From Octopus sinensis (taxonomy: Eukaryota): a stretch of 64,000 nt of DNA. Numbering within the stretch: position 1 is the first letter of the stretch; the number at the start of each line of letters is the position of its first letter. The position numbers were made by a program, and so were the translations under genes. The notes below the pieces were generated by a model. It ran no database searches. It was not told where the DNA came from and saw only the letters and a program-made list of their open reading frames with translations. The stretch is from positions 153,140,001 to 153,204,000 of the forward strand of contig NC_042997.1 in assembly GCF_006345805.1 (NCBI RefSeq), written 5' to 3'. Positions 50,930 through 63,912 of this stretch are shown here, in pieces.

Positions 50930-52300
50930 TAGGATAACAGTAAATTCAGAAAGATAAAACTGCTCAACTAAAATTTGAACTAAGTTTACTGCAGCTGCTA
51001 ACGCTTATACAAGATCTATCTCTTTGAAGTATTAAAAGGAGTTATTAAAACTTACAAACTCAATAACCCTTTCTGAACTATAAAGAACCAAATCCTAACG
51101 CCCACCCATAGAATAACAAAAACTAAATCATAAAGAAATACTTTCCAGAAAGATACAATATACCTTTTAATACATTAGATAACCTGGAACTTTTTTTATG
51201 AATTCCTAGAACTTCTACAAGAAACTGGAAAATATGGTATTTAGAAAATCTTTTTACTAAAGCTCCATAACTGAAACTATATCCATAATCCTCGATAAGT
51301 TGTACACACGTCATACAGTAAAATTACCTGCTGTGTCAAGAAACATCCTCAATAATTGTCTGTTGTTCTGCGCAAATGATGTGCTATTCCGCTGAGCATA
51401 ATGAAATTTATGAACCTAAACGGAAGGAGTACCATGGGCTCTTGGACCTACATCTTCGACATTCTACGCAATAAAGTGAAATACAAGAACGTTACCAAAC
51501 GTAAATTTACGATCTTCACTAAGTTGATATATACATTATGATATGTTGATTAACAAGCTAATAGATATAACGATAATTTCACCTTTCTAATATATACGAT
51601 ATATATATATCTAATATATTACGATAATTTTATCTTTCTATTTGCAATCAAACATAGCTTTAGTATAAATTCAGACCGCAGCATCACGCTATATTCAGTT
51701 ATCTATTAAATCTTTTAGTCTAGAAGAAAGTGAGTACCTATGAACTATACAGCGCCTCCATGACCGGTGAGAAGGTGATATCTTCAAATCAGAAATCAGG
51801 TATGAAAACAGGCAATAGAGTGGACTCAACTAAACACACTTAGAATGATAGGTGAGTTGTTAGCCCTAGTAAGCGATTAAGTATGACACCCAAATGTACA
51901 CAAACACAAAAATGGTGGTATGTGTACGATGTTAATGAATGTCCTCATATACTCTGTATATCAAACATCTATAGTCAAATCCCCTTCTTAGATGATCTTT
52001 TCAATGTCCATTCATGAAAGAATCCTTAAAACAATTAATCTTGCGTGAAAGCAAACAGTTAATAATGGGTGTTCTAATAGACTATTAGACTAGGTCATAG
52101 AACAATACAGAAACAAATTTACTCTCATCGATTGACCATGCCTTAACAACAAAAAGCCACCGCAACTGATTTTAATATAATACACGAAATAAACTTTAGA
52201 TAGTGAAACACTAGCTGATAGCACGCAAATGTTATATACAATTTCTTCCCCGCCAAAAAAGAATTATGTAAGTTTTAAAAGCTTGTAGATGCAAACCGAA
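50930..52300 (+). mobile_element. Heavily decayed Penelope-like RT/EN remnant
   Basis: GVIKTYKLNNPF (cf. GLPKIHK), ENLFTK-like and EGVP(M)G..LGPT fragments; weak GIY-YIG C-terminal traces near 52100. Confidence 0.55.
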
Positions 52301-53576
52301 ATTTAATACTCAAATCCATAGCACGTACATTAAATCATGAAATCTATTAGGAATTAACCTAGACATTGATAATTTTATCAGTTTTTATGTGTGATTTTAT
52401 CACACACGTGTGTGTGTGTGTCTGTGTGTGTACGTGCGCGTGTGTGTCACTTTACGGGTACGTGTGTTTGCATGTGTATATTTGTGTTCGTTCATATTTT
52501 TAATACCCCAGTGTTACACTAACTTATGTCGGTCAATATAATATATTTTCTGTTAAACATTTTTACTACGAAAATTTTTTCGAGATTGGTAGTATTCAAT
52601 GCTTAACCATATGTAAGCGATATCAGTATGTAAACGATCTATTTCTAATGAATGTTATTATATTTTGCTCAATCTGGAGGACTGGACCTCTTCCTGTCAG
52701 GTGTCCCGGATGAACCAACTTCACGGCAGGAGGTGCAGATGAGGGCAGCTGCATCGAACTCTCTCATGCATCAGATGGCGTTTGCTAAAAAGCATCCGTG
52801 AGGTAAAATCGTGTAGCAAGCCAAATGGCGGTGCCCCAGCATGGCCACAGCTCATTAGCTGAAACTGGAAAAATCAAAATCAATCTATTCTTAAATGGAC
52901 GCGTTTTCATACAGGATGCAACTGGCATAAGGACAAGAATCATCAATGACTAATGAAATTTGAGTCACACAGCATATTACTTGTCACATACGCAGAACAT
53001 CAATGAACATTACGTACAAATATTGATGAGGATTTAGTTGTCATAGACATTGAGTAAGGAAACGGAGGGGTTAATAAGGCTAAACTATTGATAATCATTA
53101 ATATAGATTATTCAAGAAATCGATTGCATATCAGAAAATGCTGACACGCAAATAAATGTATTTAGTCAATTTGTAACACAATCATGAAGTACCATTCCCA
53201 CATTTGATAGATATGTGCTGTACTCTTTCGCCACAATTTTCTCTCACTCTTTCTTCTGTTGATCTGCTCGTTTGAAGGCTAAAGCAATGCGAAGCGCATT
53301 GTGACCAGCGATGTGTAGCAACATTTGATAGCCTTGTCTGTCACGGTGATATATATATATACAAACTTTTTTTTTCGACTATAACATGACTGTTGTATAA
53401 AGAACTAAGTTACTACATTTTAACTCCGGGAAAATATCACTTCCAGCTGGTTTACGACACAACCTGTGTCCGGTAAATTGTGAGTAACGAAACAAATCAG
53501 TCCTCTCCAGCTTGGCAAGACCACTAGACCATGTTTTCTGGGTTTTTACTCTTCATTGGTACTGGACATATGCCTG

Positions 53577-53653
<77 letters not shown>

Positions 53654-53680
53654 CGTGTGTATGTGTATACACACACACAC

Positions 53681-53734
<54 letters not shown>

Positions 53735-54254
53735 TAGCACAATAACGACAAATACATTTGATTATTAATGTAATCTTTTATTATAGTTATTAATTTCTAT
53801 CTATATCTGAAATAGTTTGGCTGCTTGGAAAAATTTCCTTGCTAAAATTGGAAGTTATAAACAGAAACTATTTACACATCACACTTATCTTTAATGCTAT
53901 TTTACCTAAGGAATATTATGTGTATAGGATAGTAATCATAAACGTCAACACTCTGTAATCAAACGAACTGATATTTCAATTCTGTAATATCTCAAGAGTA
54001 TTACAAAATGGTTTTCTGTGTAATTCATTTGGCTTCTCGGTCCTGCCAAAACATTTTCAATTAATATACACTAGTCTTGAATGTACATATTAGTTTCAAG
54101 TCTGCCAGTAACCCACAGTTACAATTTTGACAAAATATACTTTATCATTCTCTTTTAAACAGCTAGATAGGTAGATAGATAGAGAGAGAGAGATAGACAG
54201 ACAGACAAACAGACAGATAGATAGATAGGTAGATAGATAGATAGATAGATTTAT

Positions 54255-57200
54255 TTATTAGCCTCGCAGGACCTAACACAGAGGGGATGTAGAATTTTTC
54301 TTTTTCGAAATCGATCAAAAGGGAACGAAAACCTTTTTTTGGACGTGTAAAACAGGGAAATAACACAAACGCCGTCGTTCACAATTAGAGTTCCCAAAAG
54401 GGGTGGGGGAAATGTAACTTTAACTAGGTATATCCGTGGAAAAAGAAACCTACGAAATAGAACCACGGTAACCTCGGAAACGAAGAAGAAAAGCATTAAC
54501 ATGAGAGCAAGACGCTCTTTCTCTCTTTGATTTGTAGGATCATGCTCCAGATGGTTTCCTCATTTATTTGTACCATCCTTGCCACATTCACTCGCCTTTT
54601 GTTGAACCTTTCATTAGACAAAACGCCCCTCTCTATTCTCGCCTTCCACTTCAAGTGATACTTGAAAAAGTTGACGAGAGGTTGGCCAAGAGAGGAAAGT
54701 ATTTGTCTCTAAATCTTTCACGCGAGTCCACCACACACATTCTTTCACCATAGCCATCAGTACAATGAAAACTGTCTTGCGTTCCTGAAACATGCAGAAC
54801 GGTTTGGTCGCTCTGACAGTATCTCGGGAAACTCAGTCTGGTGTTTCTTGAACCATGTCTGTAGAGCTAATCCCGCACGAGTAATACTTCCCGATAGCAC
54901 TGCCAGGCCAGGAATCTCTGGAAATTGTCCATATGTCCCGGCCCGAAAGTGGTCCTGAAGAGGCGACCAGATATTCTAAGTCGACGCCCAGGGTCTCTCC
55001 AAGCACGTCATCGCACTTCCCCCCACTAATCCTCAATAGAACAGCCTCGTAGAATTGAAGTAGCACAAGTTCGATCCCGAGGAATCACGTCTCACAAACG
55101 GCAACCACACCTGTTCACCGTCGACTATGAAACCCTGGAGATGTCGCAGTCTCAGCGCATGTCTGCGCATCGTTAACCACGTTAACTCTCCAATTAGCGG
55201 ATGTTGGCAGCAAATGGATCGCCTGACCATCGGAACGCATCCCTTTCACAAATAGCGGAAGAGTATGGGTTCCAGTTTTCTGATGGTAGAGTCGGGACAA
55301 TATATACAGAAGTGACGAAAGGGGCATCCTTGACGGACTGAACATGTGATGTTAAATAGTCTAGATAGATGACCATTTACACGAACTATCGAGTGGATGC
55401 CGCTGTATAAAGCAGCAATCCAACCGCAAAATCGGGACCGAAACCACCCGCCCTAATGATAGCCTCCAAGCATCGACGGTCAACTCTATCGAAAGTTTTC
55501 GATTGATCCAAATTGATCAGCGCCCCACCCATGCCAGGTTCTTTGACTACCTTGTCAATGATGTAGTGAATCAGATGAAGGTTGTCATGAATACTTGTCT
55601 TGCACGGCGCAGTTTCTCGATGAGAAGCGGCAACCTCCCAGCTAGCACCTTGGCCAAAATCTTCAAATATGCGTTGAGTAGAGTAATGGGCCGGTAATTA
55701 TCCATAACGTCCTCCTTGTTTGTATCGTTCTTTAACAGTGTCACCACCCCTCGGCTCACAAAACTCGGGATACTCCCGTTGTGCTGCCAGTTGCAGTAGA
55801 CTGTTGCCAAGACTTCTCCAAACAAGTCTGGCATATGACAATAAAGCTCGTAGGGCAGACCATCCAAGCCCGGCGACTTGTCTCCCGCACAGCCTGTCAT
55901 CGCATTCCGTACATCTGCGGCTGTGATGGGACTATCACAACACTCTTCCTCTATTGCCGAGAGTCGTAGCTGGTTATGCAGGTAGGCACTACAATCCAAC
56001 CTGCGTTTTGTCCCACCAGTCGTCCTGAACAGTCGGGCAAGGTGCTGCTGAAAGGCCTCACACATCCTTTTAGGCTTCAGCAATTCGTACCCCTGCTTAT
56101 CCATGAAAGACCGAATGGTAGCTTTGTTGCAATCTTACGCCTCTGTCACCCGGGCCTCTCGGGCGGCTGCAATTTCTTCGTTCCTCAGGACACGCATCAT
56201 AGCTCTGACAACGCAACCTTCTTGTTTGGCGTTGAAATGTTGGTCAAGGACCAACCTCGCCGCCAGCACATTGGACGCGATGCCAGTTCTAAGTGCCTCT
56301 TCTAATTTCTTAACTACGTCTCCCTCTATTCTAATTCGGTCTATCGCTAATGCCTTGCTCTCTTTAAGGCAAACCACCTTTTGCTGTTGACCCCCGTCAA
56401 CACCTTCTTAACTAATGTGCTAATATGGTCTCTGTAAGCCTGTCGCGCCGGGAAAGATGCGTTTAGCCTCCAGTAACCTCCAGTAACCTGCCTATGATTA
56501 TTATCTAAGTCTAGTGTTCAAGTCACGAATTTGTGATCTGTGTAGCTGACTACGTGAAATTGTGGACAACCTAAATTATCCCTATCCAGTGTCCAGCAGA
56601 ATACTCTTTTTTAATTCCATCTGAATGACCCGATGAGGTTGGTCCATGTCCACATTGTCACTTTCGGGTAGTCGAGTTAGTACCAGTTAGACAGTTGGAA
56701 ACGTCTGAGCAGGTCTATGAGGCATTTGCATCCCCTTCTCTTCCTATCTCTACCTACATAGTCTAAATACGTGTCGTAGGTAGCGGTTCCCCACACCTGG
56801 AAGTAAAAGTTCGAGACGTTCCCAGGAAAACCTCCAGACGTCGAAAGAAATCCTGTCGACCTGGTAAGGATGGTGTTATTAGTTGAAAAGCACTGTAAAT
56901 TGGCGGAAATCACAGTCATTACTGCCATCGACATCGAAGACGACCAGCCTGTCCTCCAGATCTAGGAATACTGCCCTTACTTTCAGATCCAGACTCATTC
57001 GAAAAAGTACCGTAGTACCACCATCGCCCATTCTCGGCAGACACGGGGGGAAATAGATATCGAATTGTCTGCCGGAGATAGGTTGGAGGGTCCGCTGGTT
57101 GGAGAGTCTGGTTTCGATAATGGCTACATCTAAATATTGTGACTTAGTGTCGTTTAACAGGTAACCGTGTTTCCAAGGCGCCCCAAGCGATGCACATTTA

Positions 57201-57640
57201 TACTACCTAACTTGAGCATTAATCTGACGAAAGTTGTATTTCAGACAAAAAGTGAAAACAGAAAGTCGGAGAGAGAGAGAAAGAGTCACTTTTCCTCTTC
57301 AGTTTCCTTGAAGAGATTTTAATATAGTTTTCTTTTTTTTTTGACAAATGTTTTTGAAATCTCCCTACCGCATTAGGGTAGAGAGATTTCATTAGTTTAT
57401 GTGTGCTTTGTTTGGTGTGTTATATTTTTATGTGTTATGGTGTTGTTGTACGTGGGTGTTTGTTTGTGTTGCAACTATTTTAAGTTATGTCGGTGTGCGA
57501 CCTGATGTATTGCATCAGGTCCAAATTGTTCGCGTTGATTGTGGTTAGCAGTGTTGATCTTTGTATGTTTGTAGTGATGGTGCTGATGTTGCTGTTATAT
57601 GTGGGAGTTTTGTTATCGGGAGTGCTGTATCTCCCTGCTC
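54255..57640 (-). mobile_element. Tx1/L1-like LINE: APE-RT ORF2 from ATG 57219 (frameshifted), probable ORF1 tail, 3' UTR ending aataaataaa plus (TCTA)n
   Basis: MLKLGSINVHRL (APE start), KSPGLDGLPYELY, NYRPITLLNAYLKILAKVLAGRL; multiple stops and frameshifts. Confidence 0.9.
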
Positions 57641-57644
57641 TGTT

Positions 57645-57646
57645 TG

Positions 57647-57677
<31 letters not shown>

Positions 57678-57875
57678 TATATATGTATATATGTATGTAT
57701 ATATATGTATATATGTATGTATATATATGTATAAATGTATGTATATATATGTATAAATGTATGTATATATATGTATATATGTATGTATATATATGTATAT
57801 ATGTATGTATATGTATGTATGTATGTATGTATATATGTATGTGTATGTGTGTATGTATGTACGTATGTATGTATG
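57645..57875 (+). repeat. Compound TA/TATG minisatellite (~22-bp period)
   Basis: Direct reading. Confidence 0.9.
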
Positions 57876-58121
57876 TTCCAAATACGGAACAAGAACGTAA
57901 CGGACGACAGTGAAAACATACGGACAGAAGTACGATACAAATACGAACAGGTAAACCAGGACGGAACATTCGTGGCTTCGTATTCTTTAATCAATCTTCC
58001 AATCATCATCACAGTTTCGGCCTGTTACACTTGAGACTGTTCAAAGCTACGGGCATTAAATTCTCATCTATGTTTGTTGCCGCAGTTTAACTCAACTTGT
58101 CCTTTTAATCGAAAGACATAC

Positions 58122-58267
58122 TAGATTTTGGGGGCTTTTCTTGTCCAGACCACCGCTCGCACAACACCTTATTTCCTGTCTCCTGACTTTCAGCCCAGTT
58201 TTGTTGCCGCGAGGCTTCCACTCCACTTGCCAGCTTACTTTAACTTGACCTTTTAGTCGAAAGACAC
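58122..58267 (-). pseudogene. Locus D, candidate downstream exon
   Basis: Open frame VFRLKGQVKVSW (cf. C GLKGDLNVY) with donor GTATGT; the acceptor is purine-rich and weak. Confidence 0.25.
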
Positions 58268-59099
58268 CTGTTGTTATTCTTCTCTGTATTTGTAATCGTG
58301 TAACATTTTCTCCGATTGTGTGTGTGTTTGTGTGTGTGTGTGTGCGTGCGTGACAGCTTACCATGGGTTTCGCCCAAGGTTATAGTATTCACGGTTGAAT
58401 ATCTTGTGTATATAGAAATAAGAAGTTGTATATAAAATCAATGAACAAAAATGATAGTGAGAAATATGTTTGTTGAAGAATGGAAAATTTCAAAGACATG
58501 TTTATCAAATCATAAAAATTTTCCAAGCAAAGGATATAAATCTGCTTCTCGACATTCCAAGCAATATTTGTAAAGATGTTCCAAGAAGATATGCTTTTGT
58601 GTTTGTAACAAAATTTTTATTTCAACACATACGACTATTTCTACAAATGCATTTGGACATAAATCAAAAAATGCTATTTACTTTTCAGTAAATATTCAGA
58701 GATGTATATCTTTCAATCTTTCATGTTTCAAGTATTACATGCGGAACCATATATATATGCGAGTAATTTTTCTTGTACATTTGTGTGTTTGGCTGCACGT
58801 CTGTGTGTGTGTGTGTGTTTTTCCATGAATGTGTGCGTATGAGTGTGTGTGCGCGCGCGTGTGTGCATGTATGAGCAGATTAAGATATAAATTTGGACTA
58901 AAATTCGACAGCTCGGAATATGAAAGAACACAATATTTTTTTTTTTTTATCATAATGCACATAAAGATGTGTTTTTGAAGCCATCTTTAAATTCAAACCT
59001 GCAATGTAATCTCAGATACACGGTGAACTGCACCGTGTAATGTGCAGATCTGCTAGAGAAATGTGCAGATTTACTAGAGACCACGAGGAATTAGTGAGA

Positions 59100-59442
59100 A
59101 GCAGCAGTAGCAATTGCAAAAGACGCGCACCACACAGTATAAACAATCAAACATCGTGCATTACACCATACAAAGCAAACAACATGGTAGTACATGCAGA
59201 GCCGTGCGGCATGACTGCACGGCACTTGCAATTAGGACAAGGTGTGCGAACGGACGTCCAAAGCTTTCGCTGGCTTGCAATCACTCAGTCACCCGAATAT
59301 TGTCGACATATTTTCAAACATCGAAATGACGTAATGCTAACAAACAGCAGATCTGCATGCATAAGATATAATACATTCGTACGATAAAGAAGCTATGGCT
59401 TGTCTAACGCCATACTGACTTAGTAGAACTTGTGTAAAATCG
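59100..59442 (-). pseudogene. Locus D, ATD-like exon, decayed
   Basis: Acceptor tttgctttattttcag|. DFTQVLLSQYGVRQAIASLSYE, HADLLFVS, MFE and YVDNIR lie in shifting frames. Shares TATGTCGACAATAT with the predicted spliced A X|Y junction. Confidence 0.4.
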
Positions 59443-59952
59443 CTGAAAATAAAGCAAATCCTACGTTGATTCGGTATTGCAAATGATTGCAAATCAAATA
59501 TTATATTAACCAGAACCCCGACAAGCTGCCTTCAATATTGTTAAGCGGCACAAGTGTACACAATGTTTACAGTGGTCAGACAATGCGCTCGGTTACCATC
59601 TTGATTATTTTCATGCTCCTGCGCAGAGTTGGGAGATAGTTGAGGTGCATAATATGGGTTCTTTTGTTCTTTCGAAAAGCGTTGTTTTTATCCTTCTGCT
59701 CGATTCTAACTATCCTCTTCATCCTGTTTGATTAGTCGTGGAGGGATATCAGTTTAGCTGCTAACAATCTAAAAATATCTCTAGAAGTTCAGGATCATGT
59801 ATTGTCAGAAGCACTCTTGAGTGATCGGACAAGTATTAGGAATATGTGTGTATGCAGGTGTATCTAACATACATACATTCATAGATATACATTTGCCTTT
59901 TTACCTGCCAAGTTAAGATGAAAACAATAAGGTTAATTATATATATGTTTTC

Positions 59953-59997
<45 letters not shown>

Positions 59998-60249
59998 TAC
60001 AATATATTGATTCTTTAGCATCGATTGTTGAATTAAATCATTAACAATAAATACATCATGAATAAATAATATGACTGAATTCTAACTCACTGCTTGAAAA
60101 TTTGGCATCTCGCCATTAAACTCGAAAACTGAGGGAAGAAATACCAGATAAAGTTACTTGTTAAAACGCAAGAACTGGACGCATGCCTCAATCAGAAAAA
60201 TCTTTTGGCAGAAAATTATTCTTAAGATTTTGGTTCCTGTGCATCTTAC

Positions 60250-60440
60250 AGTGAGGGAAACATTATCAGCATAGTCAAAATGAGAAAGATACAGGTTCTG
60301 ATGAGTTCTGCTTGATAGCGAGGCCTTCGCCTTGGATAAAATCAATATTTTTGCTAGTATGTAACCCGCTACAATCACACTGGGAAAGGAGGCTAGAGTT
60401 ACGCTTTCCAGAATTCCTACTATTGTGGAAAACAGCCTGA
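60250..60440 (-). pseudogene. Locus D, candidate upstream exon
   Basis: Open frame ending HQNLYLSHFDYADNVSLT at a strong GTAAGA donor; no clear motif. Confidence 0.25.
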
Positions 60441-61159
60441 TACTTTGCAAAAACTTTGATGTTTTTTTTTTTTCGTGTGTTTATCTCCTGAGATAAGTTT
60501 TTAAAAATATGTAATGAGACAGGCAGACAGACAGAAATGCATGTACCACGGAAAATAGAAGAAAAATGCATATCCGGAAATAAAGCTTTCATGCAATTTT
60601 ACCTATGGTCGATTGTACACTTTAGCTGATAAGCAGATTATGGTCAGCCGTAGAACGGTTGAATGTTTGGGTTCAAGTATTTAATCATGTTCATTTTGTG
60701 AAGATTCTACAATACTCCTGAAACCTGAAAGATTTTGCGATGCATAAACATATCTCTTTTAATTTTTCTTTTTTCTTTTTCAATTTCTATTATTGCCATT
60801 GTAGCTAGGAGCCCCTTTGTAACATTAGTTGATTTCCCCCAGGAATCGTAGTGCGTTCTTTGCATTACTAGATCAACATATCTTCGGGTGCTTGGGTAAA
60901 TGATGTCAGATATCTACTTCCAAATAGGGTTTCGATACACGCTTAGAAGTCTCAGACGGCTTGAGATAGAAGTGGCTTTTAGATATTTGGTACCAGATGT
61001 AGTTGCATAAACCGGATAATCCCCACCTAATTAGCTTTTCTGCAGTACAGGTGACTTCAGACTGTTGTAGCTTGTAGTGAGTGCGTGTGCATGTATGTGT
61101 ACATACATATATGTCTGTGTGTGCATGTATATATATATATATTTATATATATATATATG

Positions 61160-61395
61160 TAGGTCCCGGGTTGATTCGGGGTTAACCACAGTAAATAAGG
61201 TACTCAATACATAGCAGAGTAAAATTAATTTATTATATAGAAGGAGCTTCTACAGGACTAGAACTGTTTCATTCAAGAGAAATCTTCAGGAAGCTCCTGA
61301 AGATTTCATTCAAGAGAAATCTTCAGGAGCTTCCTGAAGATTTCTCTTGAATGAAACAGTTCTAGTCCTGTAGAAGCTCCTTCTATATAATAAAT
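61160..61395. mobile_element. Head-to-head short pLTRs forming a palindrome with two identical hammerhead ribozymes
   Basis: Minus 61243-61297 and plus 61326-61380 both read GGAGCTTC CTGAAGA T TTC TCTT GAA T GAAA CAG TTCTAGTC CTG TA GAAGCTCC; flanked by (TA)n. Confidence 0.85.
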
Positions 61396-61536
61396 ATATA
61401 TATATATATTATATATATATATATATATATAATATATATATATACACGCACAAACACACACGCACACACATACATACATATATATATATATATATTATAT
61501 ATATATATACGCACAAACACACACGCACACACACAC

Positions 61537-61614
<78 letters not shown>

Positions 61615-61616
<2 letters not shown>

Positions 61617-62080
61617 GCGCAGGCGTGGCTGTGTGGTAAGAAGCTTGCTTCCCACCCACATGATTCCAAGTTCAGTCCCACTACGTGGTACCTTAGAAAA
61701 TTGACTTCTACTATAGCTTCCGGCCGACCAAAGCCTTGTGAGTGGATTTGGTAGATGGAAACTAAGAGAAATCTGTCGTATATATGTGTGTGTGTGTATA
61801 TATATATATATAGATAGATATGTGTGTGTGTATGTATATATAATATATGTGTGTGTATTCATGTGTGCGTGTCTTCGTGTCTGTGTGTAGCCCACTACCA
61901 TCGATTGACAACCGATGTTGGTGTGTTTACTTTCCCGTAACTTAGTGGTTCGGCAAAACAAACCAATAGAATACATACTTGACTTACAAAGAACAAGCCC
62001 TGGGGTTGATATTTTTCGACTAAAACCCTTTAAGGCGGTGCTCCAGCATGGTCGCATTCAGATGACTGAAACAATAACAG
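61615..62080 (+). mobile_element. SINE family S1, full length, next to (GATA)n
   Basis: ggcgcaggcgtggctgtgtggtaagaagcttgcttccc...ggcggtgctccagcatggtcgc. Confidence 0.9.
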
Positions 62081-63139
62081 AATAACTGTGTGTATGTGTG
62101 TGTGCGTGCGTGTGTGTTTAGGATGTTGTAGGAGGATTAATTACTTTGATTAAATAATGATGGGACGTACCAGTGTGCACGGTGATAGTAACGCTTTGGC
62201 TAAACTGGATCCTGAGGTGGGTCGTTGAGATCTGCCTGGGACACGCGTAATTTCGGATGTTGACGAGAATCTTTAGCAGTGTGTAGTTGAATTATTGGAT
62301 TATATCAGAACAATAATAGAATATTTCAACTAGATATTTATAATTTTATTCCGTATCGTCAGAAACAGCGTATACTAAGGCAAAATAGTGACTATGGCAT
62401 TAATATGATATTCTGAAATTCTTTAAATCTTAAAGTATAAAAATAAAATACTGTCTACATTTACGTTTCAATGAACGTACATATATGCAAGTGGATATAT
62501 AAATTATAGATAACATTAAAATGGCGTTTCAGAACTCTAAAACTATTTTCAAAGAACATACATATTATTTTCTTTCTTTTTCTCAGCAACTATTTGTTTG
62601 TTTGTTCGGTTGTCATGGTTTTCACCAATAGTTATTTGTTTGGTCTATATTCTTTTCGCTTGATTTCTATCACTAAGTGATTTTCTTCCATAGGTTGAAA
62701 ATTGCACCTAAGACGATAAAGGAATATAAATGTTCATAAAAAATAAATCAGAGCAAGAAAAAAAAATAAATACAATTACAAAATAGTAACATTGGAAATA
62801 TACACAGATCAATATTATTGAAAAACAGAATTATGTTATTTTCTTTTGAAAGTTAGCTTATCTCAGAAAACATTTTAAACTGATTATTAATGTCTATTTC
62901 CTCTTCTTTCAAACAAGACTTAGTAACGTATCGCTTGTATTGTAATGGAAACAAGTATATGACTCGCAATTATATGCACACGTACACAAAGACACAAATG
63001 CTGCTCGCTTTTGTGTGTTTCTGTGTCTTTAAATATTTTACAGATCTCTCTCTCTCTCTCTCTTTCTCACCCTTCCTTTTGTCTTTCTCTCTGTCACTTA
63101 CACACACACAAACATACACTTTGTCTTTCTACATATGTA

Positions 63140-63187
<48 letters not shown>

Positions 63188-63734
63188 TGAAGCTATCTTA
63201 GAGATTTCTATGGAAAATGGAATTAATGGAATCAGCAGGGTTGTGATTATTTTTGAGAGACTACTAGTGTATGCTGTATTTCCGTCTCTGCCCAACGTTA
63301 GGAGGTGTGGAGTTGGAATAAAACTGATGAATGTCATCGATTTAAAGATTATGCATCCTCAGAGAATGTTCTGGATAAATATAAATCATCTCTTGTGGAT
63401 CCTGGTGGCATTACCAATTCTTGGATATCGTTTATGACGCACTAAAACAACTCTGTAATAGTGACAATGCAATGAACACCAACACGAACTTGCACCTGGT
63501 GCTTTTTGATAAGGATAGGTAGAAAGAATAATGCGGGAGTGCAAAAAAGGAAAGGTAACACCCGAACTTCTGCAAGGTGCTAAGGACTTGATATAGGTGG
63601 ATTTGAAGAAAGTATATTGAAACCATATTGTAATAAATGATACTGCGACTCAACTTCATAGTATGGTCTGATTTCAAAGAAAAATATTCTCCTGCTTGTC
63701 ACACAGACAATGCCTTGGAACGGTAATAATTCTC

Positions 63735-63912
63735 TTTAATTTTGACACAAGGCTAACATATCGACCCCAGTGCTCGGCTGGTATTTATTTTATTGAGCTC
63801 AAAAATATGAGAGGCAAAGTATACGCGGAGGTATTTGAAGTCAGAGCGTGAAAGGCGAAAGGGAAGGCTAAGCATTTTATCTTGCATAAATGACAGATTA
63901 CCGCCTTTTGGA
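63735..63912 (-). mobile_element. SINE family S2, diverged
   Basis: tcgaccccagtgctcggctggtattta...ggcaaagt...gaggtatttgaagtcag. Confidence 0.6.

Noticed and set aside
3291-63437. Dozens of ORFs rich in YI, HT, CV or LSIY repeats
   Set aside because: They are translations of (TA)n, (CA)n, (TACA)n and (GATA)n microsatellites with no coding evidence.
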